Shown piece after piece: positions 36,275-44,381 of a stretch of DNA of 64,000 bases. How positions within the stretch are numbered: the first letter of the stretch is position 1; the number at the start of each line of letters is the position of its first letter. The DNA is from Bacteroidales bacterium (GTDB lineage Bacteria > Bacteroidota > Bacteroidia > Bacteroidales > UBA932): assembly GCA_022647615.1 (NCBI GenBank), contig JALCKZ010000001.1, positions 110,178 to 174,177 on the forward strand, in the 5' to 3' direction. The notes under the pieces are model-generated. The model made no database searches. It had not been told where the DNA came from and worked only from the letters and a program-made list of their open reading frames with translations. The translations under genes and the position numbers were made by a program.

Positions 36275-36897
36275 AAACAAAGGTTAATATTCAAAACTGG
36301 GAACGCAAAGAAGTATACGAGTACTTCTCAAAATTTAAATATCCTATGGGGGGACTGCTTGCAGACGTAGATGTTACCCAGGTGTACGATTATGCACAAA
36401 GCACGGGACGTTCCTTATACATGACAACATTGTACAACACGTTAAAGATTGCTGACAGCATAGAAAATTTCAGATACAGAATAGAAAACGGGGAAGTTTA
36501 TCTATATGACAATGCAAGTATAGGTTCAACGTATCTTAGAAAAAGAAACAATACACTGGCTTTTACCTGGTTTAACAACTACAGCGATATAGACTCTTTT
36601 ATTAAGGAGGCTAGAAAAGCTGAAAATCAGGCTGAAATGGCTGACGGTCTAGACCTCAAGGCGGATACTATGCATGGGAATTTAATCTGCTTTTCCTGTG
36701 TCCCATGGGTAAATTTTACGGCGATTGCAGAGCCTTTTTCACCTTTTGACTCCTCATTCCCACACGTGGTCACAGGAAGGTTTTATAAAAAGGGCAAAAA
36801 AATCCTAATGCCGGTCTCTGTAAAAATCCACCATGGATTAGGGGACGGCTATCATCTGTCGCTGTTTCTACAAAAATTTTCTAATATCAATTGGTAA
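36271..36897 (+). CDS. cat: Chloramphenicol-acetyltransferase-family (type A CAT-like) protein
   Basis: 208 aa with WERKEVYEYF, FSCVPWVNFT and the catalytic-His region KIHHGLGDGYH (compare HHAVCDGFH). ATGA overlap with the preceding gene. Confidence 0.75.
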   Translation: MKTKVNIQNWERKEVYEYFSKFKYPMGGLLADVDVTQVYDYAQSTGRSLYMTTLYNTLKIADSIENFRYRIENGEVYLYDNASIGSTYLRKRNNTLAFTWFNNYSDIDSFIKEARKAENQAEMADGLDLKADTMHGNLICFSCVPWVNFTAIAEPFSPFDSSFPHVVTGRFYKKGKKILMPVSVKIHHGLGDGYHLSLFLQKFSNINW

Positions 36898-36928
36898 CCA
36901 ATATATTATAAAATTTCCCAAATAAAAT

Positions 36929-37786
36929 ATGTCAAAGTTCGCCCTAATAGGAAATCCAATAAAACACTCTCTAAGCCCAGCCCTATTCAAAATAGCCTAC
37001 AGCGGAAATACAGATGAATATGAACTAATTGAATCCCAGAGTGTTGAGGAGGCAATGCAAAAAGTTCACGATGGCGAATACAGTGGCATCAATGTCACTG
37101 CTCCTTTCAAAGAATCCGTAATGCAGTATGTCACCCGTCCGGACTCCGTCACCACTCGCCTGCACGCCGCCAATACCCTGCTATTCAAGGGGGCAGAAGT
37201 TTTTTCCTACAATACCGATTATTTGGCCGTGAGGGAAATCTTGAGCATACGCTGCGCGCAGAGCAGTGCGGCACAAAGCGCCGCACTGCCAAGTGATTTA
37301 CGCGGCTTCCGCCGCGAGGATGCACGCGTGCTCCGCACGCGGCCTTTGGCAAATAGATTATATCCCTCTGCTGAAAGAAAAGCAATGGTAATTGGCGTAG
37401 GCGGTGCTGGGAAAGCAGCCGCACTGGCACTAAAAGACGCTGGCTACAAAACCATTATAGCAAACAGAACCATAGATAAAGCAAAAGAATTTGCTGCAGA
37501 AATAGGAGCAGAATCCGCCGGATTAAACGAGGTGGCAGATATTGTTAAACGCGTTGCAGTTATAGTATATGCGCTGCCGCTGAAAATAGAAGAGTTAAAA
37601 GAGAGTGACCTGTCGGGAGTACTATTGATTGAAGCAAATTATAAAAACCCCTCTTTCTCCGCAGCCCCAAACTACGTGGGCGGATTGGAATGGCTGGTGA
37701 ACCAGGCAATCCCGGGATTCAAGCTTTTTACAGGCCGGGAACCGTCAGCAGAGAGGATGAGGCTTTTTGCAGAATCAATAATTTAA
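36929..37786 (+). CDS. aroE: Shikimate dehydrogenase carrying an in-frame repeat-derived insertion of about 30 aa
   Basis: GNPIKHSLSP, NVT.PFK, NTDY and GVGGAGKAAA motifs. The NTDY-to-GxGG spacer is 54 aa, versus about 20-25 aa expected for the family. Confidence 0.8.
   Translation: MSKFALIGNPIKHSLSPALFKIAYSGNTDEYELIESQSVEEAMQKVHDGEYSGINVTAPFKESVMQYVTRPDSVTTRLHAANTLLFKGAEVFSYNTDYLAVREILSIRCAQSSAAQSAALPSDLRGFRREDARVLRTRPLANRLYPSAERKAMVIGVGGAGKAAALALKDAGYKTIIANRTIDKAKEFAAEIGAESAGLNEVADIVKRVAVIVYALPLKIEELKESDLSGVLLIEANYKNPSFSAAPNYVGGLEWLVNQAIPGFKLFTGREPSAERMRLFAESII
37248..37343 (+). repeat. GC-rich multi-hairpin repeat, copy E, inside the aroE ORF (in frame)
   Basis: tacgctgcgcgcagag, cagtgcggc-ACAAAGC-gccgcactg, ccaagtgattta, cgcggc-ttcc-gccgcg, aggatgca, cgcgtgc-tcc-gcacgcg, gcctttggcaaa. 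It lacks the terminator module. Confidence 0.85.
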
Positions 37787-37820
37787 GAGTACTTTTACGC
37801 AATCAAAAAAATCTAAAAAT

Positions 37821-38354
37821 ATGTCTGTAAACAAAGTAATTTTATTGGGAAATGTTGGAAAGGATCCGGAGGTTAGACATCTGGAGGGAGGAGCGTCCGT
37901 TGCAAATTTTACTCTTGCAACGTCAGAAAGATTTAAGGACAGAAGCGGTGCGCCGCAGGAAAGGACAGAATGGCATAACATTGTGTGCTGGAGAGCATTA
38001 GCTGATATAGTAGAGAAATATGTCAAGAAGGGTACTCAAGTTTATGTTGAGGGAAAAATTAGGAGCAGAAGCTATACAGATCAAAACAATCAGACAAGGT
38101 ATATAACTGAGATTTATGCAGATGCATTGCAGCTTGTAGGGAGGAAGTCAGATAACCCTGCATCACAGGGAGGGTATCAGAATGGCGGCGCTCAGCCTCA
38201 GCAAAACAATTGGCAGCGCCCTGCGCAGCCGCAGAATAACGGCGGATACGCACCTCAGCATGCAGCTCCGGCGCCTCAGCCGCAGCAGCCACAAGCTCCT
38301 GCAACTCAGGATTTTCCTGGAGAAGAAGATACAACCGATGATCTTCCGTTCTAA
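37821..38354 (+). CDS. ssb: Single-stranded DNA-binding protein
   Basis: OB-fold N-terminus (NKVILLGNVGKDPE...TEWHNIV.W), a Q/P/G-rich linker and an acidic tip DDLPF. Confidence 0.9.
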   Translation: MSVNKVILLGNVGKDPEVRHLEGGASVANFTLATSERFKDRSGAPQERTEWHNIVCWRALADIVEKYVKKGTQVYVEGKIRSRSYTDQNNQTRYITEIYADALQLVGRKSDNPASQGGYQNGGAQPQQNNWQRPAQPQNNGGYAPQHAAPAPQPQQPQAPATQDFPGEEDTTDDLPF

Positions 38355-38392
38355 TCTGTCGGGATTAAAAAATTTAACTTTAAAATATTTTT

Positions 38393-39682
38393 GTGCTTAT
38401 GAAAGTTGATGTTGTTTTAGGATTACAGTGGGGTGATGAAGGCAAGGGCAAAATTGTTGATGTTCTGGCAAAAAATTATCCTGTAATTTGCAGATTCCAA
38501 GGAGGTCCAAACGCCGGTCACTCTTTGAATTTTGAAGGAAAAAAGTTTGTTCTTCATTCAGTTCCCGCAGGCGTATTCAGAAAAAATACTATCAACATAG
38601 TTGGCAACGGAGTTGTACTTGACCCTATAATTTTCAGAGAGGAATGCAAAGGAATTGAGGCGCTTGGAGTACCTGTTACAAAGAGAGTTGTAATTTCAAA
38701 AAAGGCTCATCTTATCCTCCCTACCCACAAAATAATTGACGCAGCATCAGAGGCTTCCAAAGGGAAGACAAAGATTGGTTCAACGTTGAAAGGCATTGGC
38801 CCTACTTACATGGATAAGACGGGGCGCAACGGACTTAGAGTTGGAGACATTCTTGCAAAAGATTTTAAAAATAGATTCAACACTCTTAAGGAGAAGCATA
38901 AAACTTTCCTTAAACAATTTGATTTCCAATATAATGCAGAAGAGCATGAGAAAGAGTGGATGGATGCTATAAATTATCTTAAGAAGTTCCAGATTGTAGA
39001 CAGCGAGTATGAATTGAACAAATATCTTAAGACAAAGAATGCACTTGCAGAGGGAGCACAGGGAACTTTGCTGGATGTAGATTTTGGCGCGTATCCTTTT
39101 GTAACTTCATCCTCAACCATTTGCGCAGGCGCATGCACAGGTCTTGGACTTTCTCCTCTTAAGATTGGCAAGATTTACGGAATATTCAAGGCATATTGCA
39201 CAAGAGTTGGCGCAGGTCCTTTCCCTACTGAATTGTTTGACAAAACAGGCGAGGAACTAAGGCAAAGAGGCTGCGAATTCGGCGCAACAACCGGACGTCC
39301 GAGAAGAACCGGATGGCTTGATATTCCGGCACTTAAGTATGCAATCATGCTTAACGGCGTAACCAATCTTATCATGATGAAGGCGGATGTGATGGACACT
39401 TTTGACAAGATTAAAGTTGCAGTTGCATACAAAGTAGATGGTCAGAAAACGGACAGAGTTCCTTATGACACCTACGCTAAAATAGAACCTGTTTACAAAG
39501 AGTTCAAAGGCTGGAAAAAAGATTTGAGCAAATGTAAAAAGGACAGTGACTTCCCTGCCGCATACAAACAATATATCAGCTTCATAGAGAAGGAATTGCA
39601 GGTACCTATCAGTGTTATTTCAGTAGGTCCCGACAGAAGTCAAACTATTGTTAGAAAGAAACAAAAAGCGGCAAAGAGATAA
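38393..39682 (+). CDS. purA: Adenylosuccinate synthetase
   Basis: QWGDEGKGK P-loop, GPNAGH, TKGIGP-like GIGPTY and GTTGRPRR motifs. The start may be the Met at 38399. Confidence 0.95.
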   Translation: MLMKVDVVLGLQWGDEGKGKIVDVLAKNYPVICRFQGGPNAGHSLNFEGKKFVLHSVPAGVFRKNTINIVGNGVVLDPIIFREECKGIEALGVPVTKRVVISKKAHLILPTHKIIDAASEASKGKTKIGSTLKGIGPTYMDKTGRNGLRVGDILAKDFKNRFNTLKEKHKTFLKQFDFQYNAEEHEKEWMDAINYLKKFQIVDSEYELNKYLKTKNALAEGAQGTLLDVDFGAYPFVTSSSTICAGACTGLGLSPLKIGKIYGIFKAYCTRVGAGPFPTELFDKTGEELRQRGCEFGATTGRPRRTGWLDIPALKYAIMLNGVTNLIMMKADVMDTFDKIKVAVAYKVDGQKTDRVPYDTYAKIEPVYKEFKGWKKDLSKCKKDSDFPAAYKQYISFIEKELQVPISVISVGPDRSQTIVRKKQKAAKR

Positions 39683-39708
39683 CTTCCCCGGGTGAGCTTG
39701 CCCAAAAA

Positions 39709-41148
39709 ATGGATACTATAAAAAAGACTTTAAGAGACTCAGCTGCAGCAAGGTGGATAGCTTTGCTCATAATCTCGCTGGTGATGTTTGCAGCATACGT
39801 CACCTCGGACATCTTTGCTCCTCTGCAAACAATGCTGGAGGAAAACAACCTTTGGAACAGCGTTGAATTTGGCTGGTTTGCAGGTTCGTACTCAATCTTC
39901 AACGTATTCCTTGGAATGCTAATTTTTGGAGGTTTTATCCTGGATAAAAAAGGGATAAGATTTACCGGAATGTTATCATGCATTCTAATGGTAATAGGTA
40001 TTGCAATCAAGTACTACGCAGTAGCTTACATACCTGTAATTGACCCTGCTACAGGCGCTCAGAACCTTGGTTATTTTGTAGGAGCCCACATGAAAAAACA
40101 GGTGATATGGGTTGTAGTTGGATTTGGAATTTTTGGAGTTGGTTCTGAGGTTGCGGGAATTACTGTAAGCAAAATTATTGTCAAGTGGTTCAAAGGGAAA
40201 GAGCTGGCTATGGCAATGGGGCTTCAGCTTGCGCTTGCAAGACTTGGCTCAGCCTTGGCACTTGTAGTATCTCCGTTGATTGCAGCACATTACGGCAGCG
40301 TGAGCTCATCAGTTATGTTTGCTCTAATCTTGCTGGGCATAGCTTTGGTTTGCTTCTTCTTCTACTGCATCCAAGACAAGCGATTAGATAAACAACTCGC
40401 AGAAAATAAATTGGCAGAGGGTAAAAAGGAAGATGAAGCCTTCTCTCTTAAGGATGTCAAAGCAATTATTACTAATCCCGGTTTTTGGCTGATTGCATTT
40501 TTGTGCCTGATTTTTTATGCGGCAGTTTTACCTTTCTACCAGTTTGCATCCTCACTTATGGTCAACAAATTTGGAGTGGCAGAGAAATGGGCCGGTACAA
40601 TTCCGGCAATTTTGCCGTTTGGATGCCTTATTCTAACTCCTTTATTTGGAAGGATTTATGACAAATACGGACATGGCGCGGACTTGATGATTTTTGGTGC
40701 CGTGCTCATAACTGGCGTGCATTTATTCTTTGCGCTTCCGTTCACTCATGCAGCATGGTTTGCCATAATTTTGATGATTCTTTTGGGAATTGGTTTTGCA
40801 ATGCTTCCATCCGCAATGTGGCCATCCTTGGCTAAAATTATTCCGGAGAAACAATTCGGAACTGCAATGGCGCTAACCTATTATATTCAGAATATAGGAC
40901 TTTGGGGAGTTCCTATGTTAATAGGCTGGATATTAAATAAATACTGCATCTTATCAACATATAATGCGGCATTGCCTATGAGATATCCGGATAATCCAAA
41001 ATATAATTACGTACTGCCGATGCTGGTCTTTGCAATTACATGTTCAGTCGCAATTATTTTGGCTTTCTGCTTAAAGTCTTTGAACAAGAGAAAGCATTAT
41101 GGTTTGCAAGATCCTAATATTAAAGCGGAAGCAGATAAAGCAAAATAA
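39709..41148 (+). CDS. MFS transporter (paralogue 1 of 3)
   Basis: 479 aa, about 12 TM helices, shared motif ITVSKIIVKWFKGKELAMAMGLQLALARLG. Confidence 0.8.
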   Translation: MDTIKKTLRDSAAARWIALLIISLVMFAAYVTSDIFAPLQTMLEENNLWNSVEFGWFAGSYSIFNVFLGMLIFGGFILDKKGIRFTGMLSCILMVIGIAIKYYAVAYIPVIDPATGAQNLGYFVGAHMKKQVIWVVVGFGIFGVGSEVAGITVSKIIVKWFKGKELAMAMGLQLALARLGSALALVVSPLIAAHYGSVSSSVMFALILLGIALVCFFFYCIQDKRLDKQLAENKLAEGKKEDEAFSLKDVKAIITNPGFWLIAFLCLIFYAAVLPFYQFASSLMVNKFGVAEKWAGTIPAILPFGCLILTPLFGRIYDKYGHGADLMIFGAVLITGVHLFFALPFTHAAWFAIILMILLGIGFAMLPSAMWPSLAKIIPEKQFGTAMALTYYIQNIGLWGVPMLIGWILNKYCILSTYNAALPMRYPDNPKYNYVLPMLVFAITCSVAIILAFCLKSLNKRKHYGLQDPNIKAEADKAK

Positions 41149-41205
41149 ACGGTCAGATGTAGTATAAATAATACAAATTCCTTATACATAAGATTTTAGC
41201 AAAAT

Positions 41206-41240
41206 AAAAGGCGATCAAAATTTGACCGCCTTTTATTTTT
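41206..41240. terminator. Bidirectional rho-independent terminator between convergent MFS genes
   Basis: Stem ggcgatcaa/ttgaccgcc (one mismatch), flanked by A-rich 5' and T-rich 3' runs. Confidence 0.6.
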
Positions 41241-41245
41241 ATCAA

Positions 41246-41260
41246 ACCGCACAAAGCGGT
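41246..41260. repeat. Solo mini-hairpin with the ACAAA(G) loop of the multi-hairpin repeat family
   Basis: accgc-ACAAA-gcggt followed by cttctttttt. The core CGCACAAAGCGG matches hairpin 1 of the repeat family. Confidence 0.5.
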
Positions 41261-41268
41261 CTTCTTTT

Positions 41269-42702
41269 TTATGCTGCCTTCTTCACTTTGTTAGGATCAT
41301 CAAGATGCAGCTGAGGGTTTTTCTTAGAAGATTTTGCAAGCAAAATAGAAACGGTTACAGCCACAATACCCAGACCTATAAACAAATACTCTGCATGAAC
41401 CGCAGCGCTTACTTGCTGTGAAATATTGTTAGCATCAATTATATATCTCTTTAAGATACCGCCTACAAATATTGGAACTAGCAACATTCCCATGTTCTGA
41501 ATCCAGTAAATCAAAGAGTAAGCAGAACCAAGATTTTTCTCCGGAATAATCTTAGGAATAGATGGCCACATTGCTGCGGGAACCAATGAATATCCAACTC
41601 CCAGAAGAGCAATTGCTGCGTAACCGCAGAAATGAGAACCGCCTGGTGCAAAGCATATTAAAAGGTGAGCAAGAAGTACTACGCAAGAGCCAAGTATCAT
41701 CCATGTAGTTCCTTTTCCTTTGTGATCTACAAGAGAACCAAACAGAGGAGTAAAAATAACCGTGAAGAAAGGAATCATTGCAATCATCCACTTTGCAATC
41801 TCCAAATCTATTCCAAATCTTGGAATAAGTATTGACGTACCAAATTTCTTGAATGAAATAATACAGCAATAAAAGAAAACGCAAAGCAAAGAGACAAGGA
41901 TGTAATGCTTGTTAGTCAAGATTTTAAAGATATCGGAAAATTTAAATTTATCCTCTTCTTTAACCTCCTTTGTATCAGTCTCTCCTGTCTGCTTATCCAA
42001 ATGGAAATCCATCGTGATAAAAACACTCCACAAAACTATTCCAATAGCCATAATTCCAAGTCCTACAAGAGCAGGTCTTCCGGTATCAGCAAAAGTGTAT
42101 TGGAAACCCATTGGAGGATTATCAACAAGGCCAACCAAAGTAGGAGCAAAAACAAACGCAAGAGCTGTTCCCAAACGCGCTATTGAAAGCTGAAGCCCCA
42201 TCGCGAGCGCCATCTCCTTGCCTTTGAACCATTTGGCAATTGAGCGCGTTACCGCCACACCCGCAATTTCACTGCCGAGCCCGAATAACGTACAACCTAT
42301 GTAAGCCAGTACTAATGAAGGTTTTGCAGTAAATCCGGCCATCCAGTCATGAAGTCCGCTGCCGTTGAAACTGCCGCTAATTGCATAAGCAACAATTCCG
42401 GCACCTCCGACCATCATTGCTACAAAAAGAGAACCTGTAAAACGGACACCCCATTTGTCCAGGAGCATTCCGCAAACAATCAGTCCGCCCCATACACAAA
42501 GAAATGAATATCCGCCCGCATAGAATCCATAATCTTGTGAATTCCAAGCCAATTGAGCTAACCCTGGAGTCTTGAAAATATGAGACACCGTAGAGAACAT
42601 ATCGTCAAAGAAATATGACGCAAACATGGGAACTACAAGGCATGCAAGTACAATCCAGCGTGCGCTCTTGGAATCCCTCAGAAATTTAATGGCTTTCTCC
42701 AT
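41269..42702 (-). CDS. MFS transporter (paralogue 2 of 3)
   Basis: 477 aa, about 12 TM helices, motif VAVTRSIAKWFKGKEMALAMGLQLSIARLG. Confidence 0.8.
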   Translation of the reverse strand: MEKAIKFLRDSKSARWIVLACLVVPMFASYFFDDMFSTVSHIFKTPGLAQLAWNSQDYGFYAGGYSFLCVWGGLIVCGMLLDKWGVRFTGSLFVAMMVGGAGIVAYAISGSFNGSGLHDWMAGFTAKPSLVLAYIGCTLFGLGSEIAGVAVTRSIAKWFKGKEMALAMGLQLSIARLGTALAFVFAPTLVGLVDNPPMGFQYTFADTGRPALVGLGIMAIGIVLWSVFITMDFHLDKQTGETDTKEVKEEDKFKFSDIFKILTNKHYILVSLLCVFFYCCIISFKKFGTSILIPRFGIDLEIAKWMIAMIPFFTVIFTPLFGSLVDHKGKGTTWMILGSCVVLLAHLLICFAPGGSHFCGYAAIALLGVGYSLVPAAMWPSIPKIIPEKNLGSAYSLIYWIQNMGMLLVPIFVGGILKRYIIDANNISQQVSAAVHAEYLFIGLGIVAVTVSILLAKSSKKNPQLHLDDPNKVKKAA

Positions 42703-42756
42703 TTTATATATTTAAGTTTTTAGGGTATTATTGTCAGTAAAATTTACGCTAATAGT

Positions 42757-44202
42757 CTACGCCTCAGCAGCTTTCTTTTGAATATTAGGCAATTCCAAAC
42801 CGTAATTCTTGCGCTTATCTTCAGCCTTTAGCCAGAAACTTAATAACAAAGCCATAACTCCAAGTGAAACAAAGACAAGCATTGGAACTGTGTAGTTAAA
42901 CTTCAAAGGATCCGTAACACCAGGATTACTTGCTGTAAGAACAGAACCAATAATCATTGGGAATGCATACAATCCAATATTTTGAATCCAGAATATTACT
43001 GCGTAAGCAGAACCAAGCAAACGGCTGTCTACCAATTTTGGAACTGAAGGCCACAAAGCTGCAGGAACCAATGAGAAAGAAATTCCTAATAATATGATAC
43101 TCAATAAAGTAATAAAAACATTCTGCGTTGCCGGAACAAGGAATGCAAATGAAAGGTGACACACAATCATTAACATAGCTCCAAGCATTAACATAGAGGC
43201 GCCCTTACCTTTTCTATCCAAGAAATTACCAAGGAACGGCGTGACAGCTGCAGCTCCCAAAGGAAAGACTGAGAATATAAGACCCGCAGTCTCAGCTGAA
43301 TAGTGAAGATTGCACTGCAACATATTCACCGCATATTTCTGGAACGGGAAAATTGCAGAATAGTATAACACGCAAAGCAAGGCCACAAGCCAGAATACTT
43401 TGGAAGTGAAAATCAACTTCAAGTCCTTGATTTTGAAAGGATCATCCTTCTCCTCTCCATTTTCTCCCATCTGAACTTCAAGCTTTTTGTCCATGAAAGC
43501 ATAAACAATAAAGCACATCAAACCAATGAGCATAAGCAATACCGCAAAAGCAACAGGACGGGAAACGCTAATGTTTCCGCCTAGATGAGCAAGAAACGGA
43601 GCACCTACCATAACTACTGCTACGCCAACGCGCGCAATAGCCATCTCAATTCCCATTGCAAGAGCCATCTCCTTGCCTTTGAACCACTTAACAATACCAC
43701 GTGATACTGTAATACCGGCCATTTCCGCACCGCATCCAAATATCATGAAGCCTATTGCCGCAAGTTTTGCAGATGCTGGCATGCCTGCATACCAAGGTGT
43801 AACATTCCACCAAGAAGCGGGAAGATTTAGAATTCCATCCATAAATGATGCAATGGAACTTCCTGCAAAAGCGTCAGTTACAGCAAAGTAGTTAAGAGAG
43901 CCGCCAAGTACCATAACAGCGCCGGAAAGTATCGCAGTAAAGCGAACCCCCATTTTGTCCAGGATAATGCCCGCAAAAATCAGGAAGAAAACAAACACAT
44001 TAAGGAATGGTTCTGATCCTGCATAATGTCCAAAAGCAGTAGAATCCCATCCGCGCTGTGTCTGCAAAATATCTTTCAGCGGAGATAGAATATCAACAAA
44101 GATGTAGCCAAAAAACATGGCTGATGCCAACAACACAAGGGCCGTCCAACGGACGGAAGCCTTATCACGCATTGTCTGGTGTATTTTATCAGATATTGTC
44201 AT
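42757..44202 (-). CDS. MFS transporter (paralogue 3 of 3)
   Basis: 481 aa, about 12 TM helices, motif ITVSRGIVKWFKGKEMALAMGIEMAIARVG. Confidence 0.8.
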   Translation of the reverse strand: MTISDKIHQTMRDKASVRWTALVLLASAMFFGYIFVDILSPLKDILQTQRGWDSTAFGHYAGSEPFLNVFVFFLIFAGIILDKMGVRFTAILSGAVMVLGGSLNYFAVTDAFAGSSIASFMDGILNLPASWWNVTPWYAGMPASAKLAAIGFMIFGCGAEMAGITVSRGIVKWFKGKEMALAMGIEMAIARVGVAVVMVGAPFLAHLGGNISVSRPVAFAVLLMLIGLMCFIVYAFMDKKLEVQMGENGEEKDDPFKIKDLKLIFTSKVFWLVALLCVLYYSAIFPFQKYAVNMLQCNLHYSAETAGLIFSVFPLGAAAVTPFLGNFLDRKGKGASMLMLGAMLMIVCHLSFAFLVPATQNVFITLLSIILLGISFSLVPAALWPSVPKLVDSRLLGSAYAVIFWIQNIGLYAFPMIIGSVLTASNPGVTDPLKFNYTVPMLVFVSLGVMALLLSFWLKAEDKRKNYGLELPNIQKKAAEA

Positions 44203-44381
44203 TTGTATTTAATTATTATTTAGTTTCTTTAATTTAGGTTTTCAAAAAACGCGACAATTTATTGCTTTTATTCCAAATCGCAAAATCTTTGATTTTAAGA
44301 TTTGGCAAATAAATTGTAAATTGCGCAATCTTTAAGGGGTAATACCAGGAGTTATTTCAAAAGCGAGAAAAGAGAAATCAC

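Noticed and set aside
44203-44381. A possible TPP or other riboswitch in the 179-nt leader region of dxs.
   Set aside because: I could not find the conserved TPP-riboswitch cores (CUGAGA / ACCUGAUCUGGAUAAUGCCAGCG-like) or any other recognisable aptamer. The region looks like an AT-rich divergent promoter spacer.
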